Assembly (NCBI GenBank): GCA_038886995.1 | Contig: JAWALG010000006.1 | Location: 1-41,131, forward strand | Direction: 5' to 3' | From: Candidatus Iainarchaeum sp. | GTDB lineage: Archaea > Iainarchaeota > Iainarchaeia > Iainarchaeales > DTGL01 | Length of the DNA: 41,131 bases | Shown here: in pieces, positions 1 through 8,170 of the stretch | Position numbering within the stretch: the first letter of the stretch is position 1 | How the letters are laid out: every line of letters begins with the position of its first letter | Translations under genes and position numbers: made by a program | The notes under the pieces: model-generated | The model's input: the letters and a program-made list of their open reading frames with translations, nothing else | What the model was told of the DNA's origin: nothing | The model's database searches: none

Positions 1-2
1 CG

Positions 3-473
3 AGGACAAAAAGGGAAATTGCACTGCTGCACAAAGTAAAAATGTGTGGTATTAATGCCCCATTTGTTTTGGACTACAGACAAGACAAAAGGGAGATTGT
101 CCTCGAGAAAATTTCAGGTAAGAAAGCGAAGGATTGCATACAGCATAATACAAAACTTTGCAAGAAAATAGCAAAGTCAATTGCTTTGATGCACAACAAT
201 TGCATAATCCATGGTGATCTAACCGCTGATAATATTATTGTAAGTGGCGAAGAGCCATTTTTCATAGATTTTGGTTTAGGTTATTACTCCTGCAAAATAG
301 AGGATAAAGCCACGGACCTTGTCAACTTCAAGAAGAGCCTTCTTTCGCTAAGGCCAGGCCTAAAAAAAGAGTGGCTGCTGATAGAAAGGGCATACGCAAA
401 AAACGCAAAGAGTGGCTGCCTAGTAATCAAAAAAATACAAGAGATATTTTCAAGAGCAAGGTATGTATTATAA
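3..473 (+). CDS. bud32: KEOPS kinase/ATPase Bud32 (5'-partial)
   Basis: Frame is open from base 3 (RTKREIALLHKVKM...). Has the HGDLTxxN catalytic loop, IDFGL, EDKATDL and a C-terminal RARY tail typical of Bud32. Confidence 0.92.
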   Translation, partial: RTKREIALLHKVKMCGINAPFVLDYRQDKREIVLEKISGKKAKDCIQHNTKLCKKIAKSIALMHNNCIIHGDLTADNIIVSGEEPFFIDFGLGYYSCKIEDKATDLVNFKKSLLSLRPGLKKEWLLIERAYAKNAKSGCLVIKKIQEIFSRARYVL

Positions 474-504
474 GATTTTTCGCCAAATTTTGGGTAAAAT
501 GATA

Positions 505-515
505 GGTTTAAATTA
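505..515 (+). promoter_or_regulatory. Putative TATA box for the rps15 operon
   Basis: GGTTTAAATTA in the AT-rich intergenic region about 85 nt upstream of the rps15 ATG. Confidence 0.45.
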
Positions 516-554
516 TTTTTCAAAGAAAGATAATACTATACTCGTTTTGAGTTA

Positions 555-585
555 TTCTGGTCCATGCCGTTAGGGTGGATCGGGA
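555..585 (+). promoter_or_regulatory. 5'-UTR hairpin overlapping the rps15 Shine-Dalgarno (candidate ribosomal leader)
   Basis: TTCTGGTCCA (555-564) pairs with TGGATCGGGA (576-585) using G-U pairs, with an inner CC-GTTA-GG stem-loop. The SD GGGAG (582-586) lies mostly in the 3' arm. Confidence 0.5.
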
Positions 586-594
586 GTTGGTTCA

Positions 595-1011
595 ATGGCA
601 GAATCAAAAGAAAGCAAAGTTTATAGTTGGGTCGAGTACAAACCAGAAGAAATAGAAGAAATGGTTTATAAGCTACACCACGAAGGCAAAAAGAAAAGTG
701 AAATAGGTGCAATTATTAGGGACCAGTACGGTGTGCCTAATATTAAAGAGCTCACAGGCAAAACAATATCTGAAATACTCAAGGAAAAAGGCGCAAAAGA
801 GGAAGTGCCTGAAGATCTAATGAGCTTAATAAAGAAAAGCGTAAAGCTTCTTGAACACATGGAAAAGCACAAAAAGGACTATAAAGCTAAGCGCGGCTAT
901 GAACTCACGACCTCAAAAATAAGGCGCCTCGTAGGTTATTATAAGGAAAAAGGGGCCTTACCAGAAAATTGGGAATATACTCCTGAAAAAGCAAAGCTGC
1001 TGGTGAAGTGA
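595..1011 (+). CDS. rps15: 30S ribosomal protein S15 (uS15, S13e type)
   Basis: W..Y.PEEIE, SEIG.IIRDQYGVP, PEDL..LIKK, D.KAKRG..LT.SKIRRL..YY and LP.NW.Y motifs. Confidence 0.96.
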   Translation: MAESKESKVYSWVEYKPEEIEEMVYKLHHEGKKKSEIGAIIRDQYGVPNIKELTGKTISEILKEKGAKEEVPEDLMSLIKKSVKLLEHMEKHKKDYKAKRGYELTTSKIRRLVGYYKEKGALPENWEYTPEKAKLLVK

Positions 1012-1151
1012 TGGTATACTATAAATGCAAATTGATGATTGATAATTCTCAAGAAGAGCTATCAGGCAATGCTGATTTAGATGAAATCCTACAACTAATC
1101 GATTCGAGAATATCTCAAGCTAATAAGGAGTGCGATTGCTGTGGCAGGTAA
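1011..1151 (+). CDS. Small 46-aa ORF in the usual Pcc1 position (possible reduced Pcc1)
   Basis: ATG overlaps the rps15 stop (TGATG) and has a GGTGA SD upstream. The ORF fills the whole gap and overlaps the rps3ae start: MVYYKCKLMIDNSQEELSGNADLDEILQLIDSRISQANKECDCCGR. Confidence 0.5.
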   Translation: MVYYKCKLMIDNSQEELSGNADLDEILQLIDSRISQANKECDCCGR

Positions 1152-1731
1152 AAAGCAAAGAAGCTCTGCAGACAAATGGAAAAAGAAAAAATGGTACAAA
1201 GTAAAAGCACCAAAGGAATTTAAGGAAATTATCATTGGTGAGACACCAGCTGAAAAAGAGCAACAGCTAATTGGCAGGACAGTTGAGCTGCCTTTTAGCG
1301 AAATAGCAGCACAGAAAAAGCAAATACCTATGTTAGTTAAGCTCAGGATCAAAGCTGTAAGTTCAGGTAGTGCAGAAACCGAGCTTATAGGTTGCAGGTT
1401 TGATAGCGGCTACCTTAGGCGAATTGTAAGAAGGAGGAAAAGTAAAGTAGATACAATAATTTATGCAGATACTTCCGACAGCAAAAAAGTAAAACTAGCA
1501 GCAACAGCAATATGCACTTCAAAAACAAACAGAAAGAAAGAAACCGAGATAAGAAAACTCATGGCTAAAGAAATAACTGATGAGGCAAAAAAGGAAACCT
1601 TCGAAAATTTTATGTTGCAGGTTGTGTCCGGGGCACTTGCACAAAAAATTTTTAATAGCTTGAAGAAAATAGCACCTCTGCAAAGAGCCGAAGTGATAAA
1701 GGCCTATTTAGTAGAAGGGACTAATAAATGA
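1141..1731 (+). CDS. rps3ae: 30S ribosomal protein S3Ae (eS1)
   Basis: DKWKKKKWY.V.AP..F, IGETPA, LIGRTVE, YLRR.VRRRKSKVD, KKIAPL.RAEV.K. GTG start with AAGGAG SD. Confidence 0.96.
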   Translation: MAGKKQRSSADKWKKKKWYKVKAPKEFKEIIIGETPAEKEQQLIGRTVELPFSEIAAQKKQIPMLVKLRIKAVSSGSAETELIGCRFDSGYLRRIVRRRKSKVDTIIYADTSDSKKVKLAATAICTSKTNRKKETEIRKLMAKEITDEAKKETFENFMLQVVSGALAQKIFNSLKKIAPLQRAEVIKAYLVEGTNK

Positions 1732-2441
1732 GCCCGGACCTTGGTGCGCTAATTGTTATTTTATCCATTGCATTTTTTTCTTTTTTTTCATTATACAAAA
1801 AGCTTCTGAGCAGAGATGGTATACTTTTTGCAAATATATTCGGAATATTCGTGTATTTTTTAGGTGGGCTTCAGGCGTTTGTAACATTAATTCTTTTCTT
1901 TTCAATCGCCGAATTTGCAACTTCTTTAGGCCGAAAAAAATTCAAACCGCATGAAAGCAGAGATGTGGGAAACATAATCGGCAATGGCCTGCCTGCGTTG
2001 ATTGCCTTATTTCTCGGTTCTAAAATAGGCTTTTATGGTGGCATAAGTGCTGCACTGTCTGACACAATGTCATCAGAAATAGGTCTTCTCTCCGAAAAAA
2101 AGCCAAGACTAATCACTAACCTTAAGAAGGAAGTTCCTCGAGGTACTGACGGAGGCATAACAATGCTTGGTTTGTTTGCAGGTCTTTCAGGGGCTTTTTT
2201 AATAGGTGTGACCTACCTTTCCTTTAACTTAAACCAATTTGGTCTTAACCTCTTATTTGGCCTTTTAGTAATATTTTTGAGCGGTTTTATTGGTTGCATT
2301 ATTGATTCCCTGCTGGGTGCAGTTTTTGAGATTAAGGGAAAACTAAACAATACTCAAGTTAATTTTTTGAGCTCTTCCAGCAGCGCACTATTAGCCCACT
2401 TATTGTGGTATCTGTTTCTTTTGGCGGGGCTTGTTCAGTAG
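1728..2441 (+). CDS. DUF92/TMEM19 (VTE6-like) integral membrane protein
   Basis: Multi-TM protein with R...N..GNG, A.LSDT.SSEIG, PRLIT, VP.GTDGGIT..G, IDSLLGA and NN..VNF motifs. Confidence 0.9.
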   Translation: MSPDLGALIVILSIAFFSFFSLYKKLLSRDGILFANIFGIFVYFLGGLQAFVTLILFFSIAEFATSLGRKKFKPHESRDVGNIIGNGLPALIALFLGSKIGFYGGISAALSDTMSSEIGLLSEKKPRLITNLKKEVPRGTDGGITMLGLFAGLSGAFLIGVTYLSFNLNQFGLNLLFGLLVIFLSGFIGCIIDSLLGAVFEIKGKLNNTQVNFLSSSSSALLAHLLWYLFLLAGLVQ

Positions 2442-2478
2442 AAGTTAATATAAAGATTATTTTTCTTAATTTTAGCTT

Positions 2479-2979
2479 ATGATTGATCTCATAATATCCA
2501 TTGCCGCATATTTGATTCCAATATACATCGCGAATGCATGTGCTTTGGTTTTTGGTGGCGGTACACCGCTTGACTTTAATAGGAAAATTCATGGCAGGCC
2601 AATATTTGGCAAAGGCAAAACAATAAGGGGCACCTTGGCAGGAATCGTATTTGGGCTAATTGCAGTCTTTTCTATGAGTTACTTTGTGCCCGAATGGTTC
2701 GTTAAAAGTTATCCAACTTTTGGGATATTTCTTGTCCTGGGGGCAGTTTTTGGTGATATTGTCGCTTCTTTCTTCAAGCGACGCCTCGGTTTAGAGAGTG
2801 GCGCACCAATGCTTTTTTTAGATCAGCTTGATTTTGTAGTGGGTAGTTTGCTTGCCACTTTACCTATTAGGGTACCTAACTTTGTGGAAGTAGTTTTGAT
2901 ATTGTGTTTTACATTCCTAATACACAAAGCAACAAACTACTTGGCATACAAATTAAAGCTTAAAAAGGTAGCGTGGTGA
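2479..2979 (+). CDS. carS: CDP-archaeol synthase
   Basis: P.YIANA...FGGG.PLDF, G.GKT.RG, GD...SF.KRRLG, P..LDQLDF, H...N..AY.L.LK..W. Confidence 0.93.
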   Translation: MIDLIISIAAYLIPIYIANACALVFGGGTPLDFNRKIHGRPIFGKGKTIRGTLAGIVFGLIAVFSMSYFVPEWFVKSYPTFGIFLVLGAVFGDIVASFFKRRLGLESGAPMLFLDQLDFVVGSLLATLPIRVPNFVEVVLILCFTFLIHKATNYLAYKLKLKKVAW

Positions 2980-2980
2980 C

Positions 2981-3502
2981 TTGCGAAATAAAAAGAAACT
3001 TGGCTTTGGAATATGCAACGATGAAAGAAAAAAAGAGCTCTACTTTCTTATTAAATTCTTTCTCATATACGGTACGCTCCAGGCAATAATATATTTTGCG
3101 GATGTAAGCTTTATAACCAACTGGATTGCCTCATTCGAAGCTTCACTTTTTCAGCTTGAGAGCCAAGGAAATGCTATTAGGGCCGGTACTGCTGTTTTTG
3201 TAATAAATAACTCCTGTACAGGCCTTGTTTCGATTTCAGTTCTTGCAGCAATTGTTTTTTCATTCAGAAAGCCCTCTTTAAGGGAAAAAATAATTGTTTT
3301 TTTGCCTTGCTCAGCCATTCTTTTCTTGGTGAATCTGGCTAGAGTGTATGCTGTAATTTACGCTGGCGTTCATATAAGCCACAGCTTAGTTGAACCTTTG
3401 CACGTAGGTAGCTGGTTCGTGATGTCTGGCGCAATAGTTCTTTTATGGTATTATGGTACTAAAAAGATTGCAAAAATACGATACTTCGCGGAACTGCTTT
3501 GA
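2981..3502 (+). CDS. Archaeosortase/exosortase-family membrane transpeptidase
   Basis: Multi-TM protein with I..SCTG (Cys), NLAR (Arg) and a downstream His (EPLH), matching the exosortase Cys-Arg-His triad. TTG start is uncertain. Confidence 0.85.
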   Translation: MRNKKKLGFGICNDERKKELYFLIKFFLIYGTLQAIIYFADVSFITNWIASFEASLFQLESQGNAIRAGTAVFVINNSCTGLVSISVLAAIVFSFRKPSLREKIIVFLPCSAILFLVNLARVYAVIYAGVHISHSLVEPLHVGSWFVMSGAIVLLWYYGTKKIAKIRYFAELL

Positions 3503-3557
3503 ATAGATGCAAGATAAGCATGCAAAGTATTTTATTTACTTAAAACTTCTTTTAATT

Positions 3558-4190
3558 ATGCCAAACAAAAAAAGCATTAAGGAAACAGTGCCTTTACTGA
3601 ATCTAGGTTTTTCTGAACTTTTGCGAGATAAGAGGCTTTTCACCCTGCTTTTAATACAACTAGCTCTTTTGGCAGGCACAGCACTAATGATTTACAAAAT
3701 AGTAGAGCCGTCATTCGAACGCATGTCCTTCAGGCTTTCAAGGGATTCTTCCCCATATATTGCGTTGGTGCTTTTCATATGCTCTTTGTTTGCAATAAAC
3801 ACTGCGCTAAAAAAGAAAAAGAGTCGGCTTTACATTGCACAACTTGAAGCTGGCGAAAACCTTAAAAGAAAAATTAAGCAAAAGGTAAGGTCCCCTAGAG
3901 AAAATACCTTCACGATAACCTTGCTGTTGCTAGAATTTATACTTGTTATTGTGCTTGCGGGTGCAATAGATGCCTATCTAACAGTTAAAGACACTGATGC
4001 GGAACTAAGCAACTACCAAGAGGCATTTTTTTTGTTTTTGGCAAAAGTATTTATATTCTCAGCAATACTTTTCTTTGTGATGTGGTTGTACACATATGCT
4101 AGCAGTTTTGACTCGATAAAATTCAAGGGAAGAGATGCAATTAGGCTACTAGCAAATAAAAAGCAAATTATGCAGAAAAAACAAAAATAA
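3558..4190 (+). CDS. Hypothetical membrane protein (about 4 TM segments)
   Basis: Long ORF with four hydrophobic stretches separated by Lys-rich loops. Start is 3558 or 3507. No family recognised. Confidence 0.7.
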   Translation: MPNKKSIKETVPLLNLGFSELLRDKRLFTLLLIQLALLAGTALMIYKIVEPSFERMSFRLSRDSSPYIALVLFICSLFAINTALKKKKSRLYIAQLEAGENLKRKIKQKVRSPRENTFTITLLLLEFILVIVLAGAIDAYLTVKDTDAELSNYQEAFFLFLAKVFIFSAILFFVMWLYTYASSFDSIKFKGRDAIRLLANKKQIMQKKQK

Positions 4191-4191
4191 A

Positions 4192-5184
4192 CTATGCCCA
4201 AGTCACCTTTTCGTCTTCCAATCTAACCCTCTGTTCTACGTTGCTTTTACGGATATCTACTCTACCACTATTTTCATACTCAAGGAGCCCAAGCCAAGCA
4301 ATCATTGCGCCATTATCTGTGCAAAACCTCTTTTGAGGTACTAAAAGTTTTGCACCACGAGAAATGCACATCTTCAGCATTATTTTGCGCATTGCTTTGC
4401 TCGCAGCAACACCACCAACAATTAAAACTTCTTTTTTTTCAGTATATGCTAATGCTCTCTCAGTAGCTTCTGTTAGCATTGCAAATGCATTATGTAGTGT
4501 GCTAAATACAAGATCCTCTTTATTAACTTTTCCTATCAATCTCTTGGCAGCAGTTTCTAGGCCAGCAAATGCAAGATCTGTGCCTTTTACAGTGTATGGC
4601 AGCGGGATATATTTTCTTCCTTTAAAGTAAATCTCATCCAATATTGGACCTGCAGGAAAACCATAGCCAAGAGACCTGCCGAAAGAGTCAAGCATGTTAC
4701 CCAAGCCAATATCAAGGGTCTCGCCGAATATCCTGTATGCACCATCTTCGAGAGATATTATTTGGGTATTGCCTCCGCTAACATATACTACTAGAGGATC
4801 TTTTGCATTCGTATCGAGCCGCCCAATTTCTATGTGCGCTAAACAATGATTAACTGGAACAAGGGGTTTTTTGTTTGCTAAAGCAATCGCTCTCGCACAA
4901 GTTGCTCCAACCTTAAGGCAAGGCCCCAAGCCAGGACCACGAGCAAATGAAATAATATCGCAACCACTTATTTTAATCTCTGCTTCATCAAGTGCCTCTT
5001 TTATTATTCTTTTAGCATTTTCTAAATGGCTTCTTGCAGCTTCCTGCGGTTTTATGCCAAACTCTGAACTGAATGAGATCCTCTTGTCAGCAATGACCTC
5101 TCCATTTGAATCCACAATGCCTACACCAAAAGTATGAGCAGTGCTCTCAATTCCCAAGCATATTCTTTTTTGCAAAAACACCAT
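4192..5184 (-). CDS. kae1: KEOPS t6A transferase Kae1
   Basis: LGIESTAHT, GPGLGPCL, VNHCLAHIE, YVSGGNTQ, GETLD, VGGVAA and DNGAMIA. Start moved to ATG 5184 because rps27ae lies upstream. Confidence 0.96.
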   Translation of the reverse strand: MVFLQKRICLGIESTAHTFGVGIVDSNGEVIADKRISFSSEFGIKPQEAARSHLENAKRIIKEALDEAEIKISGCDIISFARGPGLGPCLKVGATCARAIALANKKPLVPVNHCLAHIEIGRLDTNAKDPLVVYVSGGNTQIISLEDGAYRIFGETLDIGLGNMLDSFGRSLGYGFPAGPILDEIYFKGRKYIPLPYTVKGTDLAFAGLETAAKRLIGKVNKEDLVFSTLHNAFAMLTEATERALAYTEKKEVLIVGGVAASKAMRKIMLKMCISRGAKLLVPQKRFCTDNGAMIAWLGLLEYENSGRVDIRKSNVEQRVRLEDEKVTWA

Positions 5185-5195
5185 GCTCGGCCTAT

Positions 5196-5372
5196 TTATT
5201 TCCATTTGGTATAGCCACAGCAACCACATGTTAAGCGGTCTTTATGCTCGGCTAAGAATACTCCCGGGCCACATTTTGGACAGGAAGGCCTGTTCCTACT
5301 TACTGAAGAACCACCGTAGCTATAAAACTTCGATTTTAAGTACTTCTTATCCTTCTTTTTGCTCTCAGCCAT
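5196..5372 (-). CDS. rps27ae: 30S ribosomal protein S27ae (eS31); absent from the ORF track
   Basis: Hand translation: [58 protein letters not shown] (58 aa), with the CPKCG.GVFLA.H.DR..CG.CGY zinc ribbon. Confidence 0.95.
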   Translation of the reverse strand: MAESKKKDKKYLKSKFYSYGGSSVSRNRPSCPKCGPGVFLAEHKDRLTCGCCGYTKWK

Positions 5373-5376
5373 CTAA

Positions 5377-5697
5377 TCACTTCGCACCTTTTTCATCAGC
5401 ATCTTTTTTTTCTTTCTGCTCAGCTTTTTTAGTTCCTCTTGAAAGTATGTGTTTTGGTTCAAACTTCTTCATTGATTCACCATTTTTATACAGATGTGCT
5501 TTCCCAAAACAACGCCTCTCTCCAAATTTCCTTTTTATGTATCTTATTACTACATTGGACTCATTTGTGTTCTTTAATTGTGCAATCTTCTTCTTTACCT
5601 CATCTCTTTTCACTGCAGCAGTGCTTTTGATCTCAAATGTTACTTCTTCACGACCTATTACAGGGTTGCTTACGTCATCCTTTATTTCTATTTCCAT
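5377..5697 (-). CDS. rps24e: 30S ribosomal protein S24e
   Basis: NP.IGR.E, FG....GKA..Y and EPKH.L.R motifs; canonical position. Confidence 0.92.
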   Translation of the reverse strand: MEIEIKDDVSNPVIGREEVTFEIKSTAAVKRDEVKKKIAQLKNTNESNVVIRYIKRKFGERRCFGKAHLYKNGESMKKFEPKHILSRGTKKAEQKEKKDADEKGAK

Positions 5698-5701
5698 AAG
5701 A

Positions 5702-5896
5702 TCACCTGCTTATCCTTAATGCATATTTGCCAGGCATGCTTATACCCATTTTTGAGGCAATCTCTGATTTTTCAGGATTTAAAAGAAGCACATAGCCGCG
5801 CCAAAAGGTAGTTAGTGCTTTCGAACCGCAATTTGGACATTCACTCCCTTTTTCAATAACTCTTCTACAGTTTCTGCAGACCTTATCACGCTCCAT
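5702..5896 (-). CDS. spt4: Transcription elongation factor Spt4 (RpoE'')
   Basis: CRNC..CPNCGS zinc ribbon, W.G, PEKSEIA and PGKYAL. Confidence 0.95.
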   Translation of the reverse strand: MERDKVCRNCRRVIEKGSECPNCGSKALTTFWRGYVLLLNPEKSEIASKMGISMPGKYALRISR

Positions 5897-6558
5897 TATT
5901 TACCACCTTTTACCACCTTTTCTTTGTGTTTTTTATCATCAGCAGCTTTACTAGTTTTCTTTTGCAGCTTTTCTTCGCCTCTCTTCTCTTTCGTTTTGCC
6001 GCTCCTAGCATCTCTTATCTGTTGCTCGACCCATTGCTGCTTTCCTAAAAAGGGTTGGCGCATTGTCAACCCAATTTTTGAATCCGCGAGGCTGCCTTTA
6101 AGGCTTATGCTCACAATCCTAGCTAAAACCTTGTCATTAACCCCTATTTTCAACTTACTCTCCTTTGATACAAAGACAGAGTTCTTAGAGTCATAATTTA
6201 AGTATTCGTCTATTATTTGGCTTACATGGACAAGACCCTCTACAGGGCCTATTCTCACAAAGAGTCCAAAGTCCGCTGTTTCATTTACTATGCCTTCAAC
6301 GACTTCATGCATGACAGGTCTAAAAACCAAGAACTCAAGCTCGGTGTCATAATATACTGCACCATCACCTGGCACTATCTTGCCTTCACCGCCTTTTTTA
6401 GCGTTAATCACTGCTACTATGACCCCCATGTCTTCATCTACAATTCCCTCATATTGCTCCTGTGCAAGCTCAAGTAGGGCCTTCTTCATTTTTACCCCTA
6501 GCTTTATTGGGGGCACCCTAAGCTTATCCTTTACACGAACAACCTCAAACACAGACAT
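5896..6558 (-). CDS. rpoE1: RNA polymerase subunit Rpo7 (E')
   Basis: G.I.PGDG..Y, EVVEG.V, FG.FVRIGP.EGL.HVSQI, IGLTMRQP.LGK..W, plus a Lys-rich tail. Start about 6558. Confidence 0.95.
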   Translation of the reverse strand: MSVFEVVRVKDKLRVPPIKLGVKMKKALLELAQEQYEGIVDEDMGVIVAVINAKKGGEGKIVPGDGAVYYDTELEFLVFRPVMHEVVEGIVNETADFGLFVRIGPVEGLVHVSQIIDEYLNYDSKNSVFVSKESKLKIGVNDKVLARIVSISLKGSLADSKIGLTMRQPFLGKQQWVEQQIRDARSGKTKEKRGEEKLQKKTSKAADDKKHKEKVVKGGK

Positions 6559-6943
6559 CACTTCCAAAAAGTTTTTTACTTCTCAAATAAATAACCTTTC
6601 CACCATAACTTTTAATTAATTTCCTAAGCTCACGATCATGTGTTGCTACCAACAGACCTTTTTTTGAAAGGGCTAAGAGGTCTTTATCTGCATTTTTTGA
6701 GAGCTTAACTATTCTTATATCATTATGTTCCAAGATTTTGGAAGCTATTGCGGCTCTCTTCGCAATAGATGAGCCAGAATCTTTTGATTCAGCAATCTTT
6801 CTTATTTCGTTAATTACGCTCTGTGGGACAACAGCCTCATAATTGCCGAAGCAATTGGCAAACTCTTCGAATAAGTCAACCTTTTTTTCAATAGCATAGA
6901 GTATTATGTTTGTGTCCAAGGCAATTTTACTGCACGATGCCAT
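6545..6943 (-). CDS. PIN-domain ribonuclease (Fcf1/Utp24-like)
   Basis: LDTN, VP.SV..E, AD..LL and VAT.D.EL acidic PIN motifs; conserved position between aIF2gamma and rpoE. Confidence 0.88.
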   Translation of the reverse strand: MASCSKIALDTNIILYAIEKKVDLFEEFANCFGNYEAVVPQSVINEIRKIAESKDSGSSIAKRAAIASKILEHNDIRIVKLSKNADKDLLALSKKGLLVATHDRELRKLIKSYGGKVIYLRSKKLFGSDVCV

Positions 6944-8141
6944 ATGCTACTAACCTCCATCTCATCTCGTGCTGCTTGCTTATCGCAACAATCTGGCCTT
7001 TCCAGAAAGAGGCCTCTTTTTTCAGCTGTGCGCTCACTTTATTGCCTTGGACCTTTTTGACAATAGCAAGCGATGTCATTGTTCCAATTGTTAGCACTAA
7101 GGATTCACCAACCTTAACCCCCTGTATAGCTTTTGATGTAGTCCTTTCCATATAATGGATTTCTAAATCGATTTCTTTAGAAGGTTCTGGAAGAGTTCCA
7201 ACAGCACCAATAAGCTGCCCCTTCATCTGATCGTTTTGAGTTGTACTCGGATCTAAAGTTGTTTCAATTGCAATTAGGCCCCCGGGCTTAGCAGAATCAA
7301 GCTTTCCTGAAGCAGTGCTTATGTTGCAAACACTCGTAACAATCTTTTTACCGTCAAAACCAGGGCTTATCTCTACCAGGTCACCAACCTTTACTGAGCC
7401 CTGTAGTATTGTGCCACCGAGAATGCCACCAACCATTTTCTCAATCTCAGTGCCAGGCGCATTTACATCAAATGATCTGCCACAGTACATCTTTAGCGGC
7501 TTGTTTTCATCCAATGATGGGCTTTTTATGTATAATTCCAGGGCCTCAATAAGAGCACTGATGTTTATCTTCAAGTGTGCTGCTATTGGTATAACTGGTG
7601 CATCAACAGAATACGACTTCAAAAATTTTTGTATCTGCGAATAATTCTTTATTGCCTCTTCTTTTGTCACAAGATCTATCTTGTTTTGGACCACAACAAT
7701 CTGGTCTATTTTGCTCATTTTTATAGCGTTTAAATGTTCTATTGTTTGTGCCTGTGGGCAGTCCTCATTGGCCGCAACAACCAGTATTGCGCCATGCATA
7801 AGAGCTGCGCCACTAAGCATTGTAGTCATCAATGTTTCATGGCCCGGAGCATCAACGAAAGAAACCTTCCGAAGAAATGTTCCGGCGCTTTTGCATTTGG
7901 GGCATTTTTCTTCTACAGAAAAATATGTTCCACAGTTTGGACATTTATAGAAGGCGGCATCAGCGTAGCCTATTCTTATTGATATCCCTCTTTTTAGCTC
8001 CTCGCTGTGGGTGTCAACCCACTTGCCAGTGAGGGCTTCAACTAAGCTTGTTTTTCCAGCATCAACATGGCCTATAAGGCCTATGTTAACGCTTGATTGT
8101 ATGTTTTTTTCAGCTTTTTTTTCACTTTTAGTTTTTTTCAA
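6927..8141 (-). CDS. eif2g: Translation initiation factor 2 gamma subunit
   Basis: GHVDAGKT, HSEELKRGISI.IGY, zinc knuckle, DAPGHE, QNKID, RSFDVN.PG and WRL..YG. Confidence 0.97.
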   Translation of the reverse strand: MKKTKSEKKAEKNIQSSVNIGLIGHVDAGKTSLVEALTGKWVDTHSEELKRGISIRIGYADAAFYKCPNCGTYFSVEEKCPKCKSAGTFLRKVSFVDAPGHETLMTTMLSGAALMHGAILVVAANEDCPQAQTIEHLNAIKMSKIDQIVVVQNKIDLVTKEEAIKNYSQIQKFLKSYSVDAPVIPIAAHLKINISALIEALELYIKSPSLDENKPLKMYCGRSFDVNAPGTEIEKMVGGILGGTILQGSVKVGDLVEISPGFDGKKIVTSVCNISTASGKLDSAKPGGLIAIETTLDPSTTQNDQMKGQLIGAVGTLPEPSKEIDLEIHYMERTTSKAIQGVKVGESLVLTIGTMTSLAIVKKVQGNKVSAQLKKEASFWKGQIVAISKQHEMRWRLVAYGIVQ

Positions 8142-8170
8142 TATATCGCCTCGCCTAGTTTTCCACCCAT

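Noticed and set aside
1095-1352. 85-aa minus-strand ORF
   Set aside because: It is antisense to rps3ae and has no recognisable features.
5185-5229. Apparent N-terminal extension of Kae1 (and similar ones on RpoN, L22, L24, S4e and the Cmk-like protein)
   Set aside because: These are ORF-caller extensions into upstream genes. Downstream ATGs match the family N-termini.
5141-5719. 192-aa plus-strand ORF
   Set aside because: It is antisense to rps24e and rps27ae, which fully explain the region.
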